The notes: generated from the letters alone by a model not told the origin. Counted from the stretch's first letter, positions 12,001 through 25,031 are shown. The stretch is 64,000 nucleotides of DNA from Okamejei kenojei (GCA_035221665.1 CM069133.1:10230001-10294000); one strand, 5' to 3'. Numbers and translations: made by a program.

Positions 12001-12776
12001 TCGCACAACTGAATTAGTTAATATATTGTCGATGCTTATTTTGAGTTGTCACTTTTTGCTCTTTGCTTTGAAATGTTTTAGGAAAAATACTATAACAAAC
12101 AAAAACATTCGCTTTTATGATTCCATCTATTTAGTTTGCACCACATATATGCCATTTGACTCCCTCATTACTTTCTTGCATAAGAAAATGTGCATAAGAA
12201 GAACATTGATAGTTTGACAATATGCTGGAATTTTCAAGGTCGTGGAAGAGATGTGCTTAGCGTTGACAAATGGAATAGAGAATGTTTTTCGAGACAAGGA
12301 AAAAAAGCAGCACATATCTCTAGTCTAGAAATGCTTAGTTGTTGGAACTAATTTTATCAAGAAAATGAATAATTACATAATACAAAATCAGTATGCAAAT
12401 GGTAATGACATAGAGATATTAGTACCACTTTGCAACATGGACCTTAATCCAAAATGATTTGAAAATATTTTTTTTTCGATAGAAACACTGTGGTGCCAGG
12501 GTATGTTTAAATAGTTATTACTCGGACCAGATTCGATAATAAACATTTTAGCCAGACAAGGAGGTGTAGACTTTGAAATAGCAATTTGCAGCATGATGCT
12601 CATACTCTTGTACAGTTTTGATGTTTGGTCATTTTAAAGTAATTAAGGAGAAATTATACAATGTGGCATTATAATTTAGGATTGCGTATTGTAGGATACT
12701 TTTTAAAAGTTGGACCTTTAATTATCTTTCAAAATTCTATGATGTTAGTTGGGTAACCATTTCTACATAATCAGAT

Positions 12777-12863
12777 GGTAGACAAAAATGCTGGAGAAAC
12801 TCAGCGGGTGAGACGGCATCTATGGAGCGAAGAAATAGGTGACGTTTTGGGTCGAGACCCTTC
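12777..12863. mobile_element. Half-copy of palindromic Penelope-like repeat
   Basis: ggtagacaaaaatgctggagaaactcagcggg...ttttgggtcgagacccttc matches the left arm of 17242-17329. Confidence 0.8.
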
Positions 12864-14899
12864 GATTATAATTTCATAGTATCTCACTTAAATTTGTCGT
12901 TAACAATTCAGTATGGATCATTTTAAAGATCATGCAGTGCTTTGTGGTTCTAATTATGTATTGAACATGAGCCACTATGTTTAATATTGCAGGAATTGTA
13001 TCTGGATTACTGACTTTTGTTGAATCAGATTAGATATTAATCTTAATAATTACTTATTGCTTTGTAGGATTAAGAGCTAATCTGCTCCGGCCTAAGGCAA
13101 ATTTATAGCATGTGGATATCTGATTAGAGATATGCTCATTAGTCCTTTAATCTTAAAGTCACATAGGCATTTGGACAGTGGAGGACGATGTTTCAGTGTG
13201 GCCTGTCATCTTCAAAAAATCAGACGGGCTTTCACAGGCAATTGATGAAAAACCAGCACTGACAAGAGTCTTGTGTATCGTACAAAGGAAGGATTAGGCA
13301 GTTCACGTGTCATCCTGATTGGCTGGAGACCAGAGCTGATTGCTGGGGCATGGCAAGGCACACTCCTGTTTCAATTGATTATCATATGAGGAGACGATAT
13401 CCCTGCCTGTTGTCCTACTTAAGCTGTAATCTAAAACTGCTAAAATCAAATCTCTGCAGTGCCCCCTTTAGCTTACTCCAACTCTTTCTCTGAATTTAGT
13501 GATTAATTATGAAGCTAATCATTACATCATTGTCCCATGTCATATTATTCATCTTAATTATTTTAAATCATGAAAAATGAAATTGGTGCAAGATGCCAAT
13601 GTCGGATACACATCATACAGCATAATATTGTACAAAAGCTTAAGTGTTTTATATATTTAAATGTTATGCAATTTGGGACATAATTAAAATGGGTTATTTG
13701 GTTTGAAATCAAGTGTGTTTATTTTTGTCAAAGATAATTTGATTAAAGATTTAAAACAAACATAATACATTTTGTATAATTCCAGTTGTTGAAAAACATG
13801 CTGTTTCATTCTGACTTTAAAAAAAATAATATTTTAAACAATGAAACCACTTGGTGCCATAAGCAGCCATTCCATTTTATGTGTTTAGGGACAAATTTTC
13901 ACATTGCAATAAATCAAAATTACTGGAAAAAACCATGGGAAACAAGCTTTAGAAAGCTGGATATTCTATGAGTGTACTGTACATTTAAATTGTGATCACT
14001 TTTAACATTTATTTTTAAAGATACTTATTTGCCATTCTACATACACATGAATGAGAAGCAGTTTGATAGGTATTGCATGGAATTGTATACATCTCCACTT
14101 TATTAATTATGTTTTAAAATATAAACTAATTTTGGCCATCTACAATAAATCAGTAACACTTTTTTTCAAATTTGATCTTCCATGAAGTTAAGTCTATTAC
14201 TCATAATTGATCAGAGGCACGTATTCAATGCTGAGAGAAAGACAGATGATCAATATACTGCCTAACCCACATTTCTATAGGCTTTTCATGAGCCTATATT
14301 TTCACTGTAAATGTCAGTGAGATATTATGATGAACATTTCTTCCTCATGTGATATGTAGCATTCCTTTACACAGTAACATTTCAGCTTGCTCGCAAACCA
14401 TGTGGCTATTTTTTGTGGATTTTTTTCAATGTTTTATTGGGAATATTGCAGGATTTTAAAAACGGAATCTATTTTCCGTTTTGTTATGTTTAATGTTAAT
14501 TATTAAATTTATTGCATATTGAATGATATATTAAAAATATTTTCCAGTAGTTAGTAAGTGGGAGGTGTTTGTGACAAGAACAGACAATTCTGTGATTTCT
14601 ATCTTGCTGGCTGAGCCTCTTTAAGTGATTTACTGGTGTATCTTTCATGAGCTCTTTTTTTCTTTCCCTTGGGCCCTGTTGAGCATGTCACACTTGAATT
14701 TTAGTTGGCAGGAATATATTACAATGTATGTTAACCCACAGTTGCTGTTGAAAAGAATAAGCAGAAACAAATGTGTCTGAAAACTCAATGTACAAAACCG
14801 ACTGACATAATGACTTTATTTTGTGGGGTATAATGGGTACATTTCTGTAAATTAAAAATACTAATCTCTGATCTTTGTGTCATCTTGATTCAGTGGTGA

Positions 14900-15010
14900 C
14901 ACATTTATTTGTGAGTCCAAGTCCCACGTCAGGATGTGGATGTAAAAACTAGGATGTCACCTCTAGGCGACATTGTGATGGAGTGCTCTACCGTTGGAAG
15001 TAACATCAGT
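14900..15010 (+). mobile_element. Old Deu-domain (SacSINE1-like) SINE remnant
   Basis: Degenerate resemblance to the Deu core (caagtcccac...taggatgtcac...ggagtgctc); by-eye recognition only. Confidence 0.35.
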
Positions 15011-15586
15011 CAGTTGATCTGTTAAAATTTTGGACGCTTTTCAGAAAGTAAAGATCCTATGGCACCTCTTCAAAGAGACCTGGCAATTCTCCAAATGATC
15101 TACCATTTCTCTTTCAACACCAATTTTTGGTTCCCATCCACATGGAACTTGGTTGCCATGTTTGCTGACATAACAGAAGTGACTACACTTCAGAACGAGT
15201 ACTTTGATAATGAAAGTAGTTTGGGATATCTCACCATGTGAAAGAAGATATTTGAAGGTAGGTTTTCTGTTTCTTTGGAAAGAAATGTGAAGCAAATTTA
15301 TTGTTGTTGTGGTCTGGATGCCAGTTATCAGATTGATAAAATGACATTACACATACAACCAACATTTTTTTTTTTTGGGGGGGGGGGGGGGGGGTTCAAA
15401 ACAATTTTGGAATAGGCAAAGAATATGAAAAGCTATTACACAAATTATGCCAGCAATAATTGTCTGCGTACGCAAATAAAATACATAATCACAGCTATTG
15501 ATGGTCGAGCTAGATTATCCAGAAATTAACTCAGATAAGGTGGCCCGCGATTTGATCTATGCGATGTGCTGAGTAAAATGGTTTAA

Positions 15587-16001
15587 TAGAAACATAGAAA
15601 ATAGGTGCAGGAGTAGGCCATTCGGCCCTTCGAGCCTGCACCGCCATTCAATATGATCATGGCTGATCATCCAACTCGGTATCCTGTACCTGCCTTCTCT
15701 CCATACCCCCTGATCCCTTTAGCCACATCTAACTCCCTCTTAAATATAGCCAACAAACTGGCCTCAACTACCTTCTGTAGCAGAGAATTCCAGAGATTCA
15801 CCACTCTCTGTGTGAAAAATGTTTTTCTCATCTTGGTCCTAAAAGACTTCCCCCTTATCCTTAAACTGTGACCCCTTGTTCTGGACTTCCCCAACATCTG
15901 GAACAATCTTCCAGCATCTAGCTTGTCCAACCCATTAAGAATTTTGTAGGTTTCTATGAGATCCCCCCCTCAATCTTCTAAATTCTAGCGAGTACAAGCC
16001 G
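15587..16001 (-). mobile_element. Young CR1/HER1-like LINE 3' fragment
   Basis: ORF 15667-15930 with FFTQRVVNLWNSL; near-identical to 47120-47425. Confidence 0.92.
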
Positions 16002-16152
16002 AGGGGCAACAGTTAAATCTAGGGCAACAGTTAAAACTCTTAACATTGATTTTGTTCTTAATATTGGATTAGACAGAACAAAATCAGTCTGGATTCTGTT
16101 TTTCTGTAGGTATCCAGTTGCACCTGGTAGAAATGAACTTGTGTGGATGTTA

Positions 16153-16510
16153 GTCATAGAGTGATACAGTGTGGAAACTGGCCCTTCAGTCCAACTTGCC
16201 CACATGGCCAACATGTCCCAGCCACATGCCTGCATTTGGTCTATATCCCTCCAAATCTGTCCTTTCCATGTGCCTATCAAACTGTTTCTTAAACGTTGGG
16301 ATAGTCCCTGCCTCAACTACCTCCTCTGGCAGCTTGTTCCATACACCCACCACTATTTGTGTGAAAAAGTTACCCTTCAGATTCCTATTACATCTTTTCC
16401 CCTTCACCTTAAACCTATGTCCCCGGTACTTAATTCACCTACTTTGGGCAAGAGACTCTGTGCATCTACCCGATCCATTCCTCTCATGATTTTATACACC
16501 TCTATAAGAT
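16153..16510 (-). mobile_element. CR1/HER1-like LINE 3' fragment (second subfamily)
   Basis: ORF 16186-16407 with GNFFTQIVVGVWNKLP; similar to 42978-43330. Confidence 0.9.
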
Positions 16511-17204
16511 CAATACCTCTATAAAATCGTATGACCTTGTAGGATCATACCAAGGAAAAGTAGAATACTGCCACTTTTATCCCTTCTTATTTTGACAATT
16601 AGTGCCTGTAGTACAGAGAGAATTGATTTATTAAAAATACATAGTATTGTAGTAAAGAGCTGGTGTCATTATTAAACAGAGCTACGGAAGTGTACCAAAT
16701 ATATGAAGCAATGTCATATGAAGTGACTGATACATTGTGATTTTGTTTTGTTCATTGCAGATCAGTGTCTTATTAGCTATGAATAAAGTTCAAGTTCAAT
16801 CTTTGTTCATGCCTTTTACATTTGAAAATAAATTCTCAGTTAATTTACATGTGAGTTACGGGTAAACAAAAGAAAAACAAGTTGATAAATTTCTGCTATT
16901 GAACGGCTTTTATTTGTATATTTGGATGCTAAGATTGCCTTTGCAAATACTAATTATGTTTGGAAGTAAAAACTAGATGCGCAAATTCAGAATTTCCTAT
17001 ACATTTGAGTGCAGTTTAGTACCTTGCATTGTTTCGACTAAATAACTGCTGCATATTTTTTTTTGATTCATGTCAATTTCAAGGAAATACCATAATATGC
17101 AGGTTTAGTTTCCACAATAAATTTTATCGCCCCAATGCACTACTGTAGTGTGAACTAATAAAATGTTCAAGTGTGCTTTTATATCTGGATATAAATAATG
17201 TAAT

Positions 17205-17426
17205 TATGTTAAAGAAGGAACTGCAGATGCTGGAAAATCGAGGGTACACAAAAGGCTGGAGAAACTCAGCGGGTGCAGCAGCATCTAAGGAACGAAGGAG
17301 ATAGGCGACGTTTTGGGTCGAGACCCTTCGTCTGAAGAAGGGTCTCGACCCGAAACGTCGCCTATCTCCTTCGCTCCTTAGATGCTGCTGCACCCGCTGA
17401 GTTTCTCCAGCCTTTTGTGTACCCCC
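17205..17426. mobile_element. Full palindromic short element, Penelope-like non-autonomous retroelement
   Basis: 88-bp inverted arms (17242-17329 / 17337-17424); ~37-bp unpaired extension on one side; perfect 15-bp TSD tataaataatgtaat (17190-17204 / 17427-17441). Confidence 0.8.
17332..17359 (+). ncRNA. Minimal hammerhead-ribozyme-like core
   Basis: CUGAAGA-A-GGGUC-UC-GACCC-GAAA-C-GUC; palindromic ACGU in place of helix III; helix I only ~2 bp. Confidence 0.5.
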
Positions 17427-18409
17427 TATAAATAATGTAATATTGCTGAACAATAAGCAGAAAATACATTGCATGCCACATTCTCAAAATGGTATGACAA
17501 CCGTAATCTTGAAGTACACTATAATGGGATCTTGCCCATCTCATCTTTTAGCCCGAAAATCTTAACTTTAGAACAATTATTTTAATATTATACAATAAGC
17601 CTGGGCTTGTAAATTGAGTCCACGATTATATCTTGTAGATTCCAAACTGAACCAAGGCCGTTGAACACCAATAGTATAACTAAAAACGGCTCCATTCCAA
17701 ATTAAGTATTTTTCCTTTTGCTTTTGGTATTAGATTGCATTTATAATAGCCAATTGTACCATTTTAAGAGTCATTCAGTCTGAGAATACCTACATATGAC
17801 TTTGGCTCAGTTAAATTTGCCAGATTTAGATTTACTCAGCCCTCTAATTTGGGTCGCTTCTTTGATATTAGTTCACATAACTTAACTGTAGTGTTTCAGA
17901 GCCAAAATGCCATTGCTGCCATCATCCTTTCCTTGTTCTGTTAAGTTTGTATTGACATCGGAAATTTTGATTTCATTGTTTTCTTTCATTTACTGTCTTT
18001 TCAATTTATGGCCAAGAGGGCATGAATGTGACCCATGCGTAAGTCTTTGCCAATTCTCCACTTAAGCGGGCTGGTAAGAAACATGGGAATGGAATTTGGC
18101 AGCTGGCCTCATTCTCTCCCTGTGGAAATGTCCAGCCTGGGAAATATTGGAATTTATATCATGTATAAACTAATGCTAGATTTAAATGTATTATCATTTT
18201 GTCTTGTATTAAAAATTAAATTAAAAGATACATGATAGCGTGTGATTATAGGCATGGACAAATAATTCAGCTGAAATCTTTGCAAAGCAAATTGCTATAT
18301 CGATATAGCATCAGGTAATTGGAAATAAATCCTTTTGGAAATTGCTGGGTTATCAAAAAATCCAATTAATGAATGAACAGAGAATTTGCCATCCCCAGCC
18401 ACTTTCAAG

Positions 18410-18560
18410 AACTGGGCATTTGTGGCATTTATTACTTAACACTAATTGCTCCTGAGAAGGTGGTATTGGGGTGCTACTGCGAACTGTTGTCTTTCTGGCA
18501 AAACCCCTTCTATAGGAACAGGAAGGTTTAGATTCGCTGACAATGAAGGGCTTCCAATGT
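18410..18560 (-). mobile_element. Old LINE 3' remnant
   Basis: gggcatt...gcatttatt...ctaattgctcctgagaaggtggt resembles 26378-26630; family and strand inferred. Confidence 0.35.
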
Positions 18561-18689
18561 AATTCCCAGATAAGCAGATAGTTTCATGGTGCTTTGCAGA
18601 CATTCATTCCACCCAGAAAGAGGGATTCAATGAGAAAGATGCAGAATCCAAGGTTAGCTACAGAATAAAGGAAAATATTATTCAAAGGT

Positions 18690-20510
18690 TTGCGTGCACA
18701 AGTAGCCAAAGTTGAAGACCTTTTTCAGGAAAAAGAAATGGAACTCTAAAATGATAATAAAAGTGGAGAATATTGAATATGAGAAAGCAGGGAAGTTATA
18801 TCAAAGAAAACCACAAGACCTTGAATGTATGTCTAAAATTGAAAGAATTGCTCGGGTAAGTATGGATCTTGAGGGAATCAGATTGGTGAATTAATAATGG
18901 GAGACAAATAAATGGCAGTTAATTTAAACCAAACCTTTTTCATCAATTTACACAGTGGAGGGGTATACAAATTGTATCATTTTAAGAATTAGTTCTCAGA
19001 ATTCCTACACATACCTAAAGCCTGAAGTGTCAGGCACCAGTAAAAGAATTCAAGAGACAATTTTTTTTTTTTTTCTAAAAAAGAACAGATGGACAAGTTT
19101 CAAATAGCATGGAAGAACTTGTTAAAAAATCTCTGCCGTGCGTGATAAGGCTTTGGAAAAAATTAATGGGACTAAAGGAAGATAAGTCGCCAAGACCAAA
19201 ACCCTGAACCCAAACGTTTGGAAGGAAGTAGCTGCAGAGACAGTGGACTCATTGTTCAAAGGATTTCAAAACAGAGTTCTGAGTGGGTAAGGTTGGATTG
19301 GAAATCGTCAGACATAACTACTTTATTTAGAAAGGAAGGGAGATAAAATACCGGATAGCAATATCTCTTGTTGTTAAACTGCTGCTATTGTATTAAATAG
19401 GTATTTTCTCAGGACGGGTGTCGGGGGTTATGGGGAGAAGGCAGGAGAATGGGGTTAGGAGGGAGAGATAGATCAGCCATCGTAGTCAGGAAGGCAAATT
19501 GGCCTTTGTTGCAAGGGAGTTGGAGTTTAAGAATGGGAGGATTTGTTACAATTGTACAGTGTTGATGAGGCTGCACCTGGAATTCTATGAACAGTTTAGG
19601 ACCCCTCATATAAGTAAAGATTGACATAGTACCATGACGGTTGAATGGCAGAGTGGTTTTGATGGGCCGAATGGCCTAATATTTCTCCTATCACTTATGA
19701 CCCTATGACCTCATGAGAGGTAACAAATGGAATGCCCCAAGGATCAGTTCTTGTTGCTTAACTAATTACCACTAACATGACATCATGTAATATATCCAAG
19801 TCAATAGGTGCGAGGGCATGCTGCAATGAGGATGTTTTTTTTAGTCTGCGACAAGATATACATAGGTTGAGTGAGTCAGTGCAAACTTGACATAATTGGG
19901 GTATAATTTGGGAAAGTGTGAAATCAAGCACTTTGTTATAAGGATTGAAAGGAAAGAGCATTGGAATAGGTGAATTACAGTAGGCTCTTGGTATTCTTGT
20001 GCATGAATCACTGAAAGGTAGTGAGCATGTGTCACACGTAGTCAGGATGGCAAATTGGCCTTTGTTGCAAGGGAGTTGGAGTTTAAGAATGGGAGGATTT
20101 GTTACAATTGTACAGTGTTGATGAGGCTGCACCTGGAATTCTATGAACCGTTTAGGACCACTCATAAGTAAAGATTGACATAGTACCATGATGGTAGAGT
20201 TTGATACTTTCCACCAATAGGCAAATATTGAACAAAGGGGAAAAGGTACTCAATAAAAAAAAATGGTCACATAAAACTGAGATACTTCGCAATTTCTTTT
20301 CGCAGAGGGAGGTGAATGTCTGAAATTCTCCTACAGAATGTAATGGAGGCTATATTAGAAGGGGGGAGATATATAATATTTTGAAAAAATGGGAAATTCA
20401 GGGAAAAGTGGAACTGGCACAGAAGAAGAGATAAGGACTGGGTTAGAATAGCCATGATTTTACTGAATGGTGGGGCAGGCTAGCGAGGTTATTTAGCCTA
20501 CTCCTGTGTA
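18690..20510 (+). mobile_element. Old, highly degenerate CR1 LINE ORF2 remnant
   Basis: Remnants such as LMGLKEDKSP (~19165), PQGSVL (~19735), and a CR1-type 3' UTR ending ...gcctactcctg at ~20505. Confidence 0.7.
19410..19712 (+). mobile_element. Young CR1 3' tail interrupted by a ~160-bp local copy
   Basis: Tail matches the complement of 1850-1990; 19481-19641 duplicates 20037-20195. Confidence 0.85.
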
Positions 20511-20929
20511 TTTTCTTGTGCAAGCCAGCATGGTGCATTTTACTTCCGAGTCACATGAGTGACTACGTGAAGAAGCCCCACCAGGCGCACGCGCGTCATT
20601 ACGTCCGCGCATGTCGCACTGAACGGGCTGGAGGGCGCAGCTCCACCAGCGGGTAAGTAGGAACTTCTAAGGTAAGTGTTTTAAAAACTTTACTTAGAAG
20701 TATTTCCACTCAGTAAAACTGGCTCGAGCAGTCAGTAGGAGTGGGGAGTTAGAGCTGTCGCTTCTGAAGATCCGTCTTAGCGTGGGTCCAGGGATTCACC
20801 AATTTTATCGGTCGCATGATAAGTGCGGCAACGCCAGTTCGGATGCCAGGTGCAGTTTTACCGGCAGCAGTTAAAATGGCGCGCTAATTTTCCCCACTAG
20901 CTCCATTGACAAAAGGCAGGCCAACTGGA

Positions 20930-21815
20930 ATTTGCTTCAGAATGAGCCTGGTCCATCTGTTTATTTCCAAGGGTGCTAGCAGACTGAGGCTGCTCCTAGC
21001 CATGAAAAGGCAAATATAAAGTCACAGACCTGGGTTCTCTGACAACAATGGTGACTCTTCCCCTGATCATACAAGACTGTGGGTTGGGAACATGCAGTTG
21101 ATGCTCCAACCTTCATTACATAAGGGTCCAAGGGCCAGTAATGTCCAAGAGGGCCATACCAAGACCAACATATGGAGGGTCCATATATTGGGGTTCCTTT
21201 CAGCGCCTTGGTTAGGACTGGAGGATGCCTCCCAACTATATGATTCGGGAGAAGTGGGCAGATTCTGATGCTGGTGTCCCTGCTTATGTGCAAACACCAG
21301 CGAGCACAAGAGCCACGCTCCAGGTGTCTTGGAAATGGCACTGAGTTGCTATTCCGGAGGGGACTGGTGAGTCAATGGAACAATCCCTTGCCAGGGGTAT
21401 CAATTATGTAGTACCTCACCAGCTCCAGCAAGATATGATGCAAGTGACTGCAAACAAATATGAGACACCTGTTTAATGTGCATTACTGAAAGTGCCTATG
21501 GTGACCCAGGTTCTGGGCACCCATGAGTCCTTCTTTGACGGGACAGGAGGTTCGGTGTTAACACGTCCTCCAACTGGTGGCTGCAGCAATTACTGCATTT
21601 GGCACTATGGTCCAAGGGACAATCATTCCTCAAACTCACAACAGATATGTTGGGTATTTTATGCAATTAATTTTTCAGGGAATATCGCCATCAGGCCAAC
21701 ACTAAATCAAAAATTTGCTGCTCTATGTAGGGCGCCTGAAATATTGTTTGGAACGGACCTTTTCATGAAAATTTGTGAAATTCATGATGAGGCCAAAGCA
21801 ATTGGCTTAATGTAG
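20930..21815 (+). pseudogene. DIRS gag-like ORF remnant
   Basis: Position upstream of RT; IRPTLNQKFAALC...LFGTDL resembles DIRS gag C-terminal region; frameshifted. Confidence 0.5.
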
Positions 21816-22029
21816 TCAAGCATTTCGAGGTCACCTATTCGCAACCCTGGTTAATACTGAAGGTCAGATCCAGGTGCTGGGCTCAGCAGAGGCAGGCCAG
21901 TGGGGCAACGAGGGTACCCACCGAGACAGACCGGCTACAATCCCAATATGAGCAGACAACAGCTTTACAGGTCAACTGTAGAGGTACAGGGACTTTTCTT
22001 AACGATAACGTTCTGGTGGCCAATCTCCT

Positions 22030-22980
22030 ATTGGAGGTTGATTACAAATGTTTTCTAATGAATGGTGCTGTATAATGTATGATATGTTTATACTAAATAC
22101 TGTCTCGTGTCTCCCATTGAGTTTATCTCAGGGATAGATCCACCTCAACAGCACAAGCCTAATAAAATGTGGGTGTTTTCTGCTCAAGATCCTGAACAGA
22201 TAGATAATGGTGATTGATAAAGCCATTAATCATCCTCCACAAAAATTGTGTCTAATATTTCCCCACATCTAAAAAAGTTGGGTGTTGTAGAGTAATTCTC
22301 ATCCTCAATCACTTAAATTCTTTACTGCTAAACACCTGCTATCACAGGGCTGTTATGTGGCAACTATTGGTTTGCAAGATGTGTATTATTCACTGCCAAT
22401 TCATGCTCATCATCACAGGTACTTGAAATTTAATTGGATGGCACAGCTGTGGCAATACAAAGCATTGACTCCTGGATTAAGTTCAGCACCCAGGCTATTT
22501 ATTAATTTGTTAAAACCTGTGCTGGTGCTATTCAGCCCATCAACAAATTGTAATTGCTTATTTAGCTGATATCTTAATTATCAGCAACACTAATGAGTCA
22601 GCTGAAGAATCGGTGCTTGAGTCATTAATGGTTGGTTGCTCCATCCAACTAAGTCCAAGTTACAGCCAACCCAAAATATTGAGTATTTGGGGTTTCTTAT
22701 TAATTCCGCTGCTATAACAGTAACATTATCAGCAGCCAAGGTTGTCGATGATGATGATGTCTGTACTTGCCTCCCACAAAACGTTATCTCCATCCGAGAA
22801 GACGCTACGGTCATTGGTAAATGGGGAGCCGGTTCCTGCAGTACATTCAGGGCCTTTGCATTATCAACATTTGCAGAGAGCATGAGAACCAGCACTAAAA
22901 TCGAATGCAGGCCATTTTCATTGGATTATCCAGTTACCAACCACAGCTCTCGCAGAATTGCAGTGGTGCATTGTTAATGT
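22030..22980 (+). pseudogene. DIRS reverse transcriptase remnant
   Basis: LQDVYYSLPIH...RYLKF...QYKALTPGLSSAPRLF; YLAD at the YxDD position (~22558); KSKLQPTQNIEYLGF; several frameshifts. Confidence 0.88.
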
Positions 22981-23019
22981 TAATCTAGCTACCAATAACA
23001 TTTTGGGTACTAGTCTCTA

Positions 23020-23300
23020 ACCTAATCTTCCAGACTGATGTCAGCGCTCTCGGATGGGGGGCTATGGACACCGAGTCTAGCTGTGGGGGTAGCTGGCATG
23101 AACACGAAGGGTTGATTTGCCACACACATGGGATAAATTATTTCGCATTATTGGGGGCATTTTATGGGTAAAGGCATATTGCTCCTCAATTAAGGATTTA
23201 CACATCAACTCCAGATTGATAACATCACAGCAGTGGCATATATTAATCATATGGGAGGAGCACGATCAGTATCATGTGTTAACTGGGTACCGTCATGTGG
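23020..23300 (+). pseudogene. DIRS RNase H remnant
   Basis: FQTDVSALGWGA (TDAS..GWG) and IDNITAVAYINHMGG in different frames. Confidence 0.85.
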
Positions 23301-23334
23301 CATTGGTGTATGTAAAGGCATATCTGCCAGCCAT

Positions 23335-23700
23335 ATAGAGTGGATGTTGAATTCTAAACTTTGTCACACAATGGTCACTCGATTTGGGTTGCCAGACATT
23401 GATCTGTTCCATCCAGATTACATCACTAGTTGCCTAAATATGTTTCATAGGAGCCAGATCCAGGTGCAGTTGCCGTGGATGCAGTCTCGTTACATTGGGG
23501 GCACTAAAAAATTTATGGAATTCCTCCATTTTTTCATCCTGAACTGTCTCACCACAATAGAGCGAGACTCCGCCACAGGTGTTTTGGTGGTCCCAGATTG
23601 GCCAACACAACCATGGTTCCCCTTAGTGTTTTCAATGATGGTTCAGTCATTCATGATGATTCCCAGCTGCAGTAATTTCTTGGTGCATCCGGTTACATGA
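23335..23700 (+). pseudogene. DIRS adenine-methyltransferase-like (MT) domain remnant
   Basis: EWMLN...FGLPDIDLF...LVVPDWPTQPWFP, typical of the DIRS1 MT domain. Confidence 0.75.
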
Positions 23701-23769
23701 GAAAGTCACCCTTTACATGACCGTATTAATTGGTCTGCAGGTTCTGACCAGACATTTCCAAGGACTTGG

Positions 23770-24680
23770 AATGTCGAACAGGGCCATGGTGGTTCTCACT
23801 GCAGGCTGGCGAAATAGCACTCAAAAAACAATATATGGTTCACATAAAGAAATGGGAACTGTTTCTGTGTACAATCCTATATGTCTTATCATAATGCAAG
23901 CATATGTGATGTGTTGGAGTTCCTTGCTAAGTTGCATTTTGATGAGCACCTGCGTTATAGTGACATTACCAGCGCTCGGAGTGCGTTGTCCTCTTATTTA
24001 GGGCAGTCTTCAGAACAACATCCTATCGGGTCACATCCGTTAGTATCCCGATTTATGAGGAATTTTTAATAAAAACCCTCCGAAACCTCGCTATACAGAA
24101 ATCTGGGACATCACTCCTGTTCTCACAATGCTTCGGCAATGGGCTCCAATTACTTCATTATTTACAAAGAGATTAACTCTTGCTGTGGTTATGCTAATAG
24201 CGCTGGTTTCAGCACAATGTGTACAAACATTACAATTCTTACAAATACCTTGTATGCATTTGTCTGTCAATGACATTAACTTCTATGTTTATGATTTAAT
24301 CAAACAAAGCAGGCCCGGTCTGGCTGGAATCAAGGTGACGTTTAAAGCCTATCTTGTTGACCAAATGTTATATGTAGTTATGCCATATAACTTAAGCCAA
24401 TATATTAAGGTAACAAGGAGTCTCAGAGGTTCTGAGACAGGACTGCTCATTAGTCACAAAAAGACGTATAAAAGAGTGTCAGCACAAACTATTTCTACAT
24501 GGTTGAAACGGGTTCTCAATTATGCTGGAGTCGACATTCCTGTCTTTAACTCTCACTCCACCAAGGCGGCATCAATCTCCGCGGCGAAGGCTCAGGACGT
24601 GCCGCTAGACCAAATCTTCGAGGCCGCAGGATAGTCTCGAGAAGCAACATTTTCTCAATTTTCTGGCAAACTTGTACAGA
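23770..24680 (+). pseudogene. DIRS tyrosine recombinase remnant
   Basis: SARSALSS, HPLVSRFM, MLIALVSAQ(C for catalytic R), SHST(K for R)AAS...AAG* (stop at conserved W). Confidence 0.88.
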
Positions 24681-24917
24681 CCATGCCACGGTTTGGGCAT
24701 GCTGTTTTGGGTCACATTTAATTCATTTGCTTTGTTTTCTATCATTGTTTGTAATTTTCCCTGAGACAGAGGGGTTATTCCTGTGTTTATTATTGTTAAC
24801 AATAGTTATTGAATAATTCGAAGCAATGTTCAATATATTATTTATTCCCTACTGTGTCAACCGAAGCAGATTGTCGTATGGTGTGCATCTGCGGCATGAA
24901 AATACAGAGCTTTGAAA

Positions 24918-25031
24918 TCTTCACGTAGTCACTCACGTGACTCCGAAGTAAAATAGTAAGATTAAACGAGAACTTACCAGTTCGAAGTTTGATCCTTATT
25001 TTATGATGAGGTGACGTTGAGGGATTACGTG
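24918..25031. repeat. DIRS internal complementary region (ICR)
   Basis: 24918-24954 is the reverse complement of 20537-20573 (2 mismatches); 24950-25031 is the reverse complement of 25179-25259 (~6 differences). Confidence 0.95.

Noticed and set aside
23335-23700. Methyltransferase-like domain as a novel system
   Set aside because: Known component of DIRS1-group elements and disrupted here
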